Below, piece by piece: positions 35,696 to 48,938 of a stretch of DNA of 64,000 nt. Numbering within the stretch: the first letter of the stretch is position 1; each line of letters starts with the position of its first letter. Position numbers and translations under genes: made by a program. The notes under the pieces are model-generated. The model saw only the letters and a program-made list of their open reading frames with translations, had not been told where the DNA came from and did not search any database. The stretch lies in assembly GCA_013265495.1 (NCBI GenBank), contig MU062453.1, positions 3,444,484 to 3,508,483 on the forward strand. The letters are read 5' to 3'. Source of the stretch: Vicugna vicugna. Lineage: Eukaryota.

Positions 35696-38600
35696 GTGAC
35701 CTCTGGCCACAGTAGGACCACTTTCTTAGGGGTTCACCATCTCTGCTTTACTTGGGAGGCATCCTCCTGCTGGAAACCCAGCTCCAAGTGTCCCTAGGAG
35801 CCCTTCACCGTCTGCTGCCCTTTGGAGTTTAAAATCAAGGTGACAGGACTCATTCATATATTCAAACACTCACGGGGTGGGGCTTTCTCTGAGTCAGGAG
35901 CTGTTCTGGGAGCCAAGGGGCCAGAATCCCACCCTGGAGGGCTCACAGTCCACAGGGAGATGGGGAGGATTGTGACCTGGAGAGCCAGGCAGGGGGCAGG
36001 CAGGACACAGCTCTAGCTCCTTTGCCAAGCCTGGGAGAACGGCCACCAGCCACCACCACGCCGTGGTCCCAGAGAGGCCCACAGGCACAGGTGGCCAGGC
36101 TGTATTTCTAGCCCAGCCAGATGCTGCACATTCCAGGCACAGTCACAGGCACCTGCAATGACTCAGTAGAGCTGTCCTGTCCACCCCTGCTGATGGGGAC
36201 CAAGCCCCAGGGCCCGAGGTTCCCCACCAGGTTTGCACAGTTGCATTAAAAACCAACATGCAGGAAATGCAGATCCCAGGCCTTGCCCGGCACTGAGAAC
36301 TGGGTCCCAAGGATGCTGCACCAAGGAAGGCTCTGGAACCCCGCCCTGGACCCTCAAGGGCCTCTCCAAGCTGGGAACTCAAATCAGCTCATGGGACACA
36401 AGCCCCAGGTCGGCCGCCCATAGTCAAATCCTAGCCCGAGAGGTCAGAGGCACGTAGTCTACTTGAGCCTCAGTTTCCTCACCTGTAAAAGGGGGATAAT
36501 AAGTGTGCCTGCCCCTCAACGTTGTCATTCATTCAACAGCTATTTCCTGAATACCTACTGTGCACCAGACACCATTCTAGGAGCCAAGGACGGAAAAGTA
36601 GCCAAGGCCCTGCCCTCGTGGGCGGCATCCCAGCTGGGGGAGTCCCGGGGAAGTGACAGCAAGCACAGATTCCAGAGCCAGACGCTAGCGTCTCTATCCG
36701 GCTCCCTCACTCACAAGCTGTGTGATCTGGGGTAGATTATTGAATCTCTCTGTGCCTCAGTTTTCTCATCTATAATATGGGAGCCAGAGAAAGGGTTGCT
36801 GTAAGGGTTACATGAGTTAAAAAACATAAAGGGCTTTGAACAGTGGCCCACAAAAAGTAAATGCCATATAAGGTTTGGAGTTAAATAAGGTAATTTCTTT
36901 TTAATTATATGTCAGATAGTACCTAGTGCCAAGGCGGGAAAGGGGTCAGGGTAATGAATTTAAATAGATTAAACAGGGAAGGCTCCTCCAATCAGGTGAT
37001 GTCTGAGTAAAGGTAATGTGCACAGAACTCCGGGCACAAAGCTGCCACCTCGGTAGTGCTCACCATGCACCTGCCGTTATCCATATAGTACACATCAAAT
37101 AAATACTTGCACTTTGCAAAGCCCAAGAAGGGGCTGTGCTCCCTCCCCCACCCCTCCCTGAGGCCACATCACCCACCTCTTGGAGCACACCCTCCATACG
37201 GTTGCCATCTCCAGGCAGGCAGGGACAGGCAGGGCTGAAGCCTCGAGAGGAGCAGGTTTCGGACAGGCTAGCATCCCCGGCAGGTGGGCAGGCAGCTTGG
37301 AGATGGGGCTGCAGGAAGCCCGCTCACCTGCCAGTACCCAGGAGCCCACGTTCCCCTGCAGGTGCACAGCCTCAGCTGGGCCCCCCTTCCATCAACCTGG
37401 AGACTTCCTCACCCTTGCTGCTGCAGCTGTGCCTGACAGCACTGGCTCCTGGGGCAGCTCTGAGCCCAGTGCTCTGTCTGAGGTTCAGCGGGGCAGGTGT
37501 GGTGGCCACTCTGAGGGCTGGCCCCGCCAGGGACGGAGATGTATGTGCAGCCTCCAGATGGCGAAATCAGGTTGCATGTCTGGCCCGGTGTCACAGCTGC
37601 CAGGGCAGGGAGCAGCCTCCGGGGCGGATGTTACACCAGCTCTGGGAGGACTCAGTAAATATTAAACATCCCCCGGCATGCCAGACAAGCCTCCTGCTGG
37701 GCACGTGCGACCCACTGGCCCCAGCCATCACGTGGGGACACCGGGCTGTCCTTCTACCTGGTGTAACTGGGAAACGCTATCGGAGGCCCTGGCATGGCTG
37801 CTGCAGGTGCGGGATCTGGAGGCAGGCGGGCTGGGGATGGGCGCGGGGCGGTAAGTAACAGGACTGACTGAACCCGCTTCAGGTGAGGACTCAAAGCTTG
37901 GTGTCAGCTCACCTTCTCTCCTGTGTCTGCTGGTGCTAGATGCACAGGGATGATGACAAACAAGCACACGGTGTGTGCAAAGGGTGCGTCGCGTGTACCA
38001 GCCCATCTCTCTGACACCTGCCTCTGGGGTCTAGCCCTTCGCTATGACCTCTTTCTCTAGCCTCCACTCCTTGAAAATCAAGGACTTCTGTTTAGTTTTC
38101 ACACCTACACTTCCCAGCTGTCCCAGCAGAGGCATTCCCAAGGCGGTGAGGACATCACAGCGGCTCCTGGCTCAGGAGGGTACCTGCCTGACAGCCTGGG
38201 AGGCAGTGTGGGGGGAAGGGGAGGCCTGGCCAAGGAGTGGCAGGAAGGGGTTAGGAGCAGCTGTGCCTGTCAGTCAGGGCAGAATGAGACAGTGTCAGGA
38301 CCTGGTCCTCTTCTTCATCCCCTACCTTTGTTATATTGGTATATATTTATTAGTATATATATATTAGTATATATATATTAGTATATTATTACATATGGTT
38401 TTATTATAGCAGTCATTCACACCTTAGTTTAAAATTCCCCCTCCAGATTATTTCCCCAAGTGAATTATTTGATTATGCAATAAAAAAACACTGTCCAGAG
38501 TCAAAGGGGTTTCAGATGCCAGGGCAGGGATGAGAGTTGGGGACAACTAAGTGGTGCCCTGCTCTCCTGCTCTCTTGTCTAAGGTTAATTTGCCTGACCC

Positions 38601-39687
38601 ACTCCCACTGCTGAGTGCCTTGGCAATGTGGCCATGTTTCAGCCTGGTTGGATTACCTGGAAATAAGACCAGAAAGTGAGGCTTGAAACCTAATCCAGAC
38701 CACCCAGCCCCAGAGTCCAGACCCCTGAGAATTAGACAGAGACAGGAAGTTAAAAATAGATGTGCTGCTTCTCTGCCATTATGGGCTGCTTCTTCCTCAG
38801 CCTGGACAGGTGGACTGCGGAGGCTGAGACCAGACGGTGCCACCCAGGAACCTCAGAACCCGCTTGGGCCAGGCATCCTCCAGAATCCCCTGGCAGGGGG
38901 CAGGACAAGGAGCCCCAGGAGGGGTCCAGGACACCAGTGTCGTCTTTCTCAGACTAGGACACAGGATTTGCAGGACATGACTGTTACCCTTGCTGATGAC
39001 CAATGAGCTCTGGTGTCACAGGTCGGGCTCCTTCTGTTCTCTTTCCACCCAGAGTGTGACCCCAGGAATTCAGGGCAGCAGCAAGAGGCTGGGGGCCCAC
39101 TTGGCTCACTGTTTGGGCAAAACTACCAGCTGGGGCCTAGGGGGACATTTCCCAGGGATGTGTGAAGTCCAGAGGCCCCCAGAAGCCTGGCAGGAGGAGA
39201 GCTGCAGGCAGGACAGGCTACAGACTTCGTGAGGCAGGACCCTTTGTTCAAAACTGATAAAGAATTTGAGATATGGACAGCAGAGTGTTCATTCTTAAGC
39301 GCAGGGCCCTGTGTGAGTACACGCCCAGGCAGCCGGCTTTGGCTGCAGGGTGTGTGGACCCCTCCCCTGCTGCCAGACCGCAGGGACCATGTCCTCGTAG
39401 TGCCTCTCGCGAGAAAGGTGCCCTGTGGGACGCCCAGCTCCACACCAAGGCGCTCAGCCTCGGGCGTCACATGGGCTGGACGCCCCCTTGGCCAGGGGAC
39501 ATTCACAGCTGTCCTTAGCAGCCCTAATTACAGACCCCATGGCATGGGGGCCCCGATGAAGCCCAGGAAGAGGCAGAGATAGTTCAGCTGAGGAACAGTA
39601 TCACTCTCTGGCCAGGTTATACTAGCCCCTCTCAGCAGCATTCATGGAGTGCCTACTGTGTGCCTTCCTCCCAGTGGCATCCACACT

Positions 39688-39816
39688 CTTTTCATTTTTG
39701 GGGTGGTTGGGTAATTAGGTTTATTTATTAATTCTTTTTTTAATGGAGGTACTGGGGAATGAACACAGGGCCTCGTGCATGCTAAGCATGTGCTCTACCA
39801 GTGGGCTATACCCTCC
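39688..39816 (-). mobile_element. Camelid tRNA-derived SINE, full length
   Basis: Reverse complement ggagggtatagcccactggtagagcacatgcttagcatgcacgaggccctgtgttcattccccagtacctcc; TSD gcatccacact at 39677-39687 and 39820-39830. Confidence 0.9.
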
Positions 39817-41685
39817 TTAGCATCCACACTTTCACTTCTTGGAAGCTCGGAGAGGCCCAAGGTGTTAACTCCCTCTGGGGCTTCGGCCAAATTTCCTCCT
39901 GTCTTGGAGCCTTAGTTTCCTCTGCTTCAGCCCTCCAGTGGGTCCCTTCATACTGCTAATGTCCTCACGGGGCCCACAAGTCCCCCCGGAGTCCCCCTCC
40001 CTCTCTCACCACTGTCCCACAAGCCGACCACACACCCACTTTCTGTCCCTCAAAGCTCATTCCCAACTCAGGGCCTTTGCACGTGCTGTTGCCTCTCCTT
40101 GGAAGGCTTCCCCATTCCCACACCCTGTCTGCATGTGATCAACCCCCCTCTTCTCTCCCACCTGTGCTTAACCACGCCCCTGCCTCACTGAGGGCTTCTC
40201 CACGCCCGCTGCTGCCCTCCTGCATGCGCCAGGTTTTTAAAAATTTCTTCACAGGACCTGCCACCAGCTGGATCCACCTTGATTATCATTGCTTTGTTTT
40301 GCGCCCTGACAGAGGGCAGGGCCTGGTCTGTCTCCAGATTCCGGGGCAGGGTCTGACCAGAGTCAGAACTCCATAAATAGTTGTAGAATGACTTTGGGAT
40401 TCCTAAGCGTGCTTCCAGGATTTCAACCCTGAGTTGCCACTCCTCCCAGTCACACCTCGGAACCTCGGAACTGAGCCACCCAGAGACAAGGTAAGTGAGC
40501 AGGGAGGCCCTGACCGTGGGGCCAGGCATCACGGGTGAAGGCGGGAGGAGGGGATGTGTCTAATGTGCAGCTGGTGAGCCCTGGGGAAAGAGCGAGAGGA
40601 GGGCCTGTCTGGGACTTCTGTGGTCCTCCCCAGGACCTGGCATTGAAGCCAAGGCCTGAAGAAAACTGAGCAGGAGCGAGCCAGGTGAAGAGAAGTCAGG
40701 GGAGTTCCCGGTGGGGGACACAGCCTGTGCACAGGCCTGGAGGGCAGCGAGGTCAATGTGGCTGAAGCACAGGGCTCAGAAGAAGGCTGGCCGGCCAGAC
40801 CCCAGCCTCGAGGGGCCTGGATGGTATCTTAGGTGGGATGGGAACCTCTGGAGTTTTCGAGCAAGGAAGTGCCAGGATGAGAGTTGGTTGTTGACTGGCT
40901 CACTGATCAATCAGGTTCTGTGCCCTGCTCTGGCTGGGGGTCCTGCCTGTCCACCACATCTGCTCAGACCGGCAGATGTTTGGGCCTCACAGGATGCCTG
41001 GAGCCCAAGACCTAGCTGGCCTGGGCAGAGACGGCCCTTCCTCCTGGGGATCACCTGCAGCTAGAGGAGACACCCGGCAGAGCAGCCATGAGCTTGTGCC
41101 CGGATGCTCAGTGTCGACCGGGCTGCTCCTTGTCCTTTGAAACTCCCCACAGGCACCTACTGTGTGCCAGCTGCTTGTCAGGTGTCATCTCATTGTGCCT
41201 TCATGACAAGCCTGTGAGGGTGGGACATTTGTGATTCCCATTTTGCAGATGAGGAAACCAGACGCAGGTGAAGTCATTGGCCCCAGGTCACAGGTGGCCC
41301 TATTTCTCATTCTGTTAAACAGGAAGAACATTCCATACTAGCCCTGCCCCTAGGAGACTAAGTTCTAACTCTGAACCAGTCTTGCTGTGTGACCTTGGGT
41401 AAGCGGTGCCACCTCTCTGAGCCTCAGTTTTCTGATCTGCCAGGTGGGCCTGATAAACTCAGACAGATCAAATTCTGGGATCAACTGCCAGGAACATGAT
41501 GATACCTGTCCAGATCAGAAGCAAATTACAGGATTCTCCCAACACCAAGACTCACACACACACTGTCCTGGGCTGCAGGCTTGGCATGAGAGCGAGCCTC
41601 AGGGTCATTGGCAGCGGAGGAGGCTGTCCCTGCCCACCCCTACCACCCACCCTTGGCCCTCAAACAAGGCCCAGGCAGAACTTAC

Positions 41686-41795
41686 GTGATCCTCCGGCTC
41701 TGGGCACTGCTGAAGCCTGCAAAGGAGGCGCTCCGGCCCATGACCCCCACGGCCCCTGTGTCCCCGGAGGACAGGAACCGCACCCTCACTGACAT
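41686..41795 (-). CDS. RIPOR3: RIPOR3 first coding exon from ATG (MSVRVRFLSSGDTGAVGVMGRSASFAGFSSAQSRRI); exon extends to the acceptor at 41804
   Basis: ctgcag acceptor, good Kozak context GCCATG, GTAAGT donor; RSASFAGFS motif typical of the RIPOR family; all 21 exons sum to 2841 nt = 946 aa + stop. Confidence 0.95.
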
Positions 41796-43914
41796 GGCCG
41801 TCACCTGCAGGGGGAGGACAGGACAGTCAGCCTCACACTGCCACCTGGTGAGTGCTGACCGCAGGCCAGCCACCCTCCACCGTGGCCCCCAAAGACCTTA
41901 CAACAGCCCCCAGAGATGGGTGGCCGGTACTGTCCCCAGATCACAGATGAGAAAACTGGGGCTTGATTAGGTTAGGGAGCCTGCTTGGGGCAAGCGGCAG
42001 GAGCAAGATTCAAACCCAAGTCTCTGTATCCTGTCTGCACTTGGGTCCTTAATGCCTGAGCAAAGCTGAGTCCTCGCACAGGGGGAGCCAGCAACTGCTG
42101 AATCAGCTCTTCTCCCCTCCCCTCAGCCACTCCTCTCTGCCAGTGACCCTGACCCCCCTCCACAAACTGAGCACTCACTGTGTGCCAGACACGGTGCTGG
42201 AGACACATTGAGTGAGACGGGCAAAGTCCTTGCCACCACCCCTCAGGGCTCCGGGTCCAGCAGGGAGGCTGATGAACCCCAGTTACCATGTGGAGCCCAT
42301 AGTGAAATGACTGGGGATCTGTCCCAGCCATGGAGAAGGCAACCAAGAGCTGAGAAGGAAAGGCTAAGGAGGGAAGAAGGGGAAGGGGAGGGAGGGAAGG
42401 GTATCTGAAGTAGAGGGAACAGCATGAGCAAAGGCCTGGAAGTGCAGAGGACAGGGTAGAGTCCAGAAACAGAAAGAAATTCAGTGGGTTGGGGTGTGGC
42501 TCCAGGTGAGGTTGGAGAGGCCAGCAGAGTGCAGGTCAGGGGGCCTTGGTGGCCCCAGGGAGGACTTTGGCCTTGCAATTGGGTGAGGGTAACTGGGAGC
42601 CATAGGAGGCTTTGAGCAGGGGGTGATGAAGCCCAATTCACATGAGGCATCAAAGACTTCCAGAAGCTGTAATCCATTGCCCCGTCTCTGAGTCAGGCTG
42701 CAGTGAGGCCAGCCTAGAACCTGGCTGGCTTTTCTTTTTTCCAATCTACCTCAAGATTGGAAAAATGCACCATAGCCCTTGGGAGTATTGCCCAGTGTCT
42801 TCCAGTACCATTGGAAAGTTCTCCTCCATATCTAACCTAAATCTCTGCTGCTACAGTTTCATACCTTGCGCCTCAGCCAGGGTAGGGCCAGTGCAAAGAT
42901 GCCAGGGACCTCACTGCCCTGGGAAAGCTCCTCTCCACCAACTCCCTTGTATCCCCACTCGGTAAGGCCCCTGCCTTCCCACGTCCCTCCACCCAGCGGC
43001 TGAGTCCAGACTCCACACCTTTGCCCACATTGGGGCCTCTGCATGGAATAATGTTCTCTTTGGGGTCACCTCTGCCCAGCGTCTAGTCCTGCATTTTGTT
43101 TGTAGTCGGTCCCTCCATGGTCTCCAGAACCCTCACTCTGAACCCCCAGCAGATCTGTGCAGCCCCCACAAGCCTTCTCCTCCAACATCCCCCACAACCA
43201 ACAGCCCCACGTGTGCTGTGCATAGGTGAGCACCGGAAACAAAAAAGCCAGACCTGGGCTCAGTCCCTATCTGTAGCTGTGCCACTCATCGGCTCTGGGC
43301 CTTGGTGATCCCACCTGTAAGGTGGAAATCCAGAAAAGGACCAAAGAAACATGTGCTGACAGCACACAAAGTGAAACAGACACTGGGAAGAGCAGGTTGT
43401 CTCTGTGCCATCGGGTGACTGAGACCCCAGGTGCCGGGGCAGATGAGCCGATGAGTGACATCTAGCCCTGGCGGGGGAAGCTGGCGAGCGTTGCTGAGCA
43501 CCCACAGTGTGGCAAGCCCCAGTGCCAGGGACTGTCCTGAGCTGCAGACCCGTGAACAGCGGCACAGGGTCCTGATGGGGAAGGTGAGGGAGCCTGGCAG
43601 TGGAGGTATCATTTACTGAGTGCTCGTAATTAAGCCAGCCATGCACTAAATGCCTGTGTGAATTCTCTTATTAGATACACACAACCCTCGACACATAGGA
43701 TCTATTGCAAACCTACTCCGATAGATGAGGAGACTGAGGCTCAGAGAGGTAACAAGCCAAGCCAAGGGACCCAGCTAGGAAGCAGTAGAGCCGGGCTTAG
43801 AACCTGAGTGTGACCCATGCTGACACCAGCACTTCTCATTGTAGGTGGTCAGGAGGCATCCTGCACCCCAGGGGTCTGCCCCCACCCCACAGGGAGGACC
43901 CCCACGGCCCCTAC

Positions 43915-44106
43915 CTGTGCTGTTCTGCTGCTAGTTTGGACCAGCTCACAAGAGTCGACTGTTAAAATTTTCAGCAATGTTGGTAGCTTGAAATCAGCCA
44001 CAATAGGATTATGTACAGCGTGGAAATTGGCAAGTGCTACAAATTAGGCTTGGGTTTTGTTTCATTTTTTTTCTACTGGTTGTTAAACATTTATCAGCAC
44101 ACTGCT
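43915..44106. mobile_element. MER63-like hAT-Blackjack element
   Basis: gactgttaaaattttcagc...ggttgttaaacatttatcagcacactg resembles the recalled MER63 consensus. Confidence 0.55.
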
Positions 44107-44940
44107 GCCCCCACCCCTATCAGCACAAGCTCCGAATGGCACTAGAACCTTCTCAAACTGCTTAACAGCAAGCTGGGCAAGGAAACGAGGAGGGAGCAGG
44201 CAGGGAGATCCCCAAGGTCAGTGGTTGGGACCAGGGCTCTGGCGCCAGCCCCAGGGAGTTGGGACCGGAACTCCCTCCCTCCACATCTCCACCACCCTCC
44301 CACCCACGCCTTCTGGGTCATTCCTTCAGCCTCCCCCAGGTCCTTCAGGATAAGAGAGAAAGACAATTGCTAAATAGTTCTCTGTGTGCAGTTCGCCAGA
44401 ACAAACCCCACCATCTTCCTGCCCAGCATTAGGAAAGGAGGATGGAGGAAGGGAGTGTTAGTGCAGACTTACGCAGTGGGCCAGCACCTGGCTGTGGATT
44501 TATTACTCACGACAGGTCCATGAGTTTCAGTGACCCCAACTTTTCATATGAGGAAAGAGGCTCTAAGAGGTGAAAAGTCTGGCTCAGGGACCTGCCACAT
44601 AGTGACTGGCCTCTTAGCTACCCCTTCCTCTTCTAGGCCAAACGTCACCTCTGCCAGGAAGCCTTCCTGGATCTCCCCCCAGTCCGCAGCTCCCTGTAGT
44701 TACACTGGACTGAATGGTGATGACTTGTCTGTCTCCCCCACTAGACGGAGAGTTCCCTGCAGGCAGGACTAGGGGTGTTCTCTGGGGCTTGGAAGAGTCA
44801 CAGCACATAGTTATGGGACCACAGGACAAGGACTGAAAAGCTGACTCTGCTTCCCCCACTTCGGCAGGCTGTGTGGCCCAAGGCTTAGGCAGAGGGAGAA
44901 CAAAGATAAGGATAAGTCCACCATGTGCCGGACTCCAACG

Positions 44941-45140
44941 CAGGGGTTAACAAATGTTCTCTGTAAAGGACCGGAGAGTAATATTCTGGGCTTTGCAGGC
45001 CATATAGTCTCTGTCACAACTACATAACTCTGCCGTTTTAGAGCAGAAGCAGCCACAGACAAAGTGCAAATGAATGAGCCTGGCTAAGTTCCAATAAAAC
45101 ATTATTGACAAACGCAGTGGCCAGTGATGCATGACCCCTG
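44941..45140 (+). mobile_element. MER58A hAT-Charlie MITE, near full length
   Basis: TIRs CAGGGGT...ACCCCTG and a typical internal sequence. Confidence 0.85.
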
Positions 45141-48100
45141 GGTAGCCAGCACTCTGCCTGCCACCTGCTCTAAGGGCTTAAAATCTCATTTAATTCTCCC
45201 AATACTATATGAGGCAAATACTATTATCATCATTCCCATTTTGCAGATAAGGAAACCGAGGCTCAGAGAGGCGAGGAAATGGCTCATCCAAGGCCACACA
45301 GGTAGGCACTGCCGGAGCTCAGATTTGAACCTGGGCATGATGGGCTCCAAAGCGTGGCCACTTTGTGCCAGGCTGCACCTGCTTCCCCGGGGCTGTGCTG
45401 AAGACACATACCCTCTCTCCTCTCCCATGAGCCTGGTGGGGAGAGAAGAGGGGCCTCAGCATGGAAGCAGGTCCATGAAGAGGGCCTGCCAAGCTAGAAG
45501 TGTAGCCCTGAGGGTGGCTTAGGAAAATCAAGCTCCTTCCCCTGCAGGCTTCGGGGTGTGGGAGCCCAGGTCCCTGTGGACTCCTTTGGACCTGTGTCCA
45601 TCCTAGACGAGCCCTGGTGAGGAGGATCCCTTGTAGTTGACCCTTGTGGCTGCAAAATTGTGCCCCCTCTGGTGGACCGGGCTGAGACCCCTGGAATGGG
45701 ATGGCCGGGCTGAGACCCCTGGAATCCCAGGAGCCTTCAGTGGGCTCCTGACATATCCCAATGGATGTTTGTCACCTTTGACCAACGGTGATACTCCTAA
45801 TGTTAAATCGACACAACAGGGAACTGACCACTCAGAACAGAAGCTGGAGACCCTGCTCCTCCCCCAGACCCTCCTCCCTCCCCTCCCCCCGCTGGCATTA
45901 CCCTTTAGCTGCTGGATTGTGGGCAGATCTGGAAAGTGCCTAGGGAGGGACACTTGGTGGCTCAGGGCAGCCCCTGGCAGCCAGCACTCTGCGGGGCATG
46001 CAAGACTGCCCGGGGCCTCGCTGGGGCCCTGGGCAGAGGAGAGGGGCACAGAAGTCATGCAGGTCCCAAACCTTTGGTGGCAGACAGGACTGCCTCTTCC
46101 CCACGTGTCCCTCGCGGCCTCTGTCTGGCCTGGCACCCGGGCAGCACCTGATGCGTGGACCCAGCTGGTGAGCACGAGGAGGGCAGGCCAGCCGAAGGGG
46201 CTCCTCACCGAGCCAGCTGCTCCCCGGACACTGACGGAACCGTCCCGGGCCTCTTCCCCAAGGTGCAGATGGGGGGAACCGGAACCGCTCCGCTAAATCT
46301 GTCCTGCTCACTGCTGCCCAGAGCTGCCCGCCGGCCAGAGGAACCTGCAATTTCACCTCATTTGGAGGTAACGCTTCTAAATTTAACAGCATGGGCTCTC
46401 AGGGCTGGACAGCTTTTGCCTGAGTCCCTCACTTAGGGCTCTTTTATATCCGCTCAAATGCCAGCCAGGGATTAGTTTGCTTATAGGAGTGTCCAAAATA
46501 GCCCTTTGGTTTAGCATGAAAGGAAATGGCAAAATAGCCCCGGATGAGGAATGTGGGTTTATGCACGAGAGGGATGGGCGTCCTGAGGAGGCTGCTCTGG
46601 GAACCAGACTGTCTGTATGAGGTGGAGTCCAACTCCCTCATTTTACCGGTGGCCAGATGAACTACCCGGATCACCCAGAGGTGAACGGAAGAGCCAGAAG
46701 AATCCAAACTCCTCCTCCCTGCCAAACCCCAGTCCCCTGCTCCTACCCTGGAGCCCACCTCCAGGCCTTTGCACTGGCTGTGTCCTTGACCGCCACACCC
46801 TTACCCTGGGTCTTCCACACTGCCTCCTCCCAACCTTCAGGGCTGAGCGCCAAGGTCACCTCCTCAGGGAGGCCCTCCCTGATTGCCCTGGCTACAGCAG
46901 CCTCCCCCCTCACCCTGTTTCAAATCCTTGAGAAAGTGTATCACTATCCCAAATGGTCTTGGTGGTTGTGAGTCCCTCACAAGAGTATGAGCGCCATGGG
47001 GCAGGGACTTCTGTCTTGTTCACTGCTGTGCCCAGAGCCCCATCAAGTAGTAGGCCCTCAGCAAACATTGTTTGAATAGGTGATTGCTTAAATAAATGAA
47101 TGATTGAAGGACATCTCTTCAGAATTATGGAGTTCCCTCACTCAGTTTGTTCACTCAACACACATGTATTGAGTGCCTACTGAATGCAGGCACTGGGCAT
47201 ACAGCTGTGAACTGGGCCAGTGGGAAATGGGCATTAGGACACGAGGTGATGAGGCTGTACTGTGATGGGGCCAAGCCGAGGCCCGGGGAGCAGGCAAGAA
47301 CCCCACGCCCAGCCCAAGAGGAGTGACCCCTGGGGGAGTGACATTGTATGTTGAAATCTAAAGGAAGAGGAGGTATTGGCTGGGCAGAGAGAGAGGGTGG
47401 GATGGAAGTGTGCCAGGTGTTAGGAACAGCGTGTGCAAACGCTCAGAGGCAAGAGAGAGGATCAGTTAGAGGCCCATAGGCTTGTTAAGGACCAGCCACA
47501 GGAGTAGACGGGCAGGCCATCTCACTGGACTTCACAGCGCACTTGTGTCCATTTCACAGATAAGAACACTGGGGTGCGGCCACAAATGGCCCAGTGTAGA
47601 GGATAGGTTAGATAAACCATATGAAGGAAATTTGTGTGGCCATTCAGAATATGATTTTTGAGATATAATGACATGGGGAAATGTTTGAAATAAGGTGCTG
47701 GGCGAACCAGAGCAAGATGTAAACTCTATACAGCGTGGTCTGTTTTATTTTTGAAACAATACCTTACGAATGTGCTGCAATGGACATGTATTCCTTCATA
47801 ATTTGAAACAAAATGTTAATTTGGAGAAAATCGAGAGATTGACTAAACTGTCCCCAGTTGTGCAGTAGTTAGGCTGCCAAGCTGACTGCGTGTCTTCCAA
47901 CCTAGAGAAAATTGCTTTTCAGGATGAACTTGGAATCAAAGGAGGAACTTTCCTCTTAAAAAAAAAATTTTTTTTTCACAAATATCATCTACACTAGCAG
48001 CTAACTCCACTGGGGTTTTACGAGGTAAAGATGACTCATGAATTTCTGTGAAGTATCCAGAGGGTGTTTTAATTTAAATGGCCCATGATCACCATCAACA

Positions 48101-48477
48101 CAATTCCATCACGGGGCTGCCGGGGATCACGTGGAAGGGACAGCAACTCTTGGGAGAAGGAGCCTCCTGAGGCTGCCACAGGGCTCGGAGCGTGTACGGG
48201 TCCAGGGGCCAGAGCCTGGGGCTGCCCAGAGGTAGTGTGTGATGAAACTGAGCCTGCGGAAAGCACCCAGAGAGGCAGCTGGATCCCCTCTCAAAGACAC
48301 CCCCACCCTGGTCTGCTTGGGACCAGGAGTACAAATGGGGCAAGTGGCAGCATTGTCTTCAGTAATCTACTTTATAATGCTCGCGGATGGCCCACGTGTG
48401 TGTGCACCTAACCCACATCCTGGGAGTGAGGAGGTATCACGGAAGGGCCCTAATTAGGATCCTCACCCCAGAAATGG

Positions 48478-48660
48478 GAGGGTCTCTCCCTCAGCACCAC
48501 TGACATGTGGAGCAGGATCAGTCTTTGCCGGGAAGGGGGGTTGCCCTGTGTACTTAGCAGCACCCCGTCGATGCCGGGAGCTCTCTGCCCTCCAGCTGTG
48601 ACAACCAAGACTGCACATGTGTCCCCGGTGGGGAGAATCCGGACCGATGGGAACCAGGGG
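48478..48660 (-). mobile_element. MER20 hAT-Charlie MITE
   Basis: ttagcagcacccc...cagctgtgacaaccaa...tgtccccggtgggg. Confidence 0.7.
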
Positions 48661-48903
48661 TTAAAGGCAGCTGGTCAGATCCGCACTAGGGGGCTCAGGA
48701 ATTAGTGTGGTGGGTGTTGGGAACGACTTCTCGCGGGTCAGAGGTGGCGTATTGTAGAGGCTGTATCTGGTTGGCCGCAAATATTGTTCAGGCTTCTTCT
48801 CACATGAATAGGGTGTGGGAATTTGGGGGGCCCTGGCAGCCTGACATCTTCAGAAGGGGCCCTGGGCTCATAGCTCCCACTGGGCCTCTGCTACCCCCAC
48901 CCT

Positions 48904-48938
<35 letters not shown>

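Noticed and set aside
37136-37858. 240-aa plus-strand intronic ORF
   Set aside because: No domain or codon signal; GC-rich intron.
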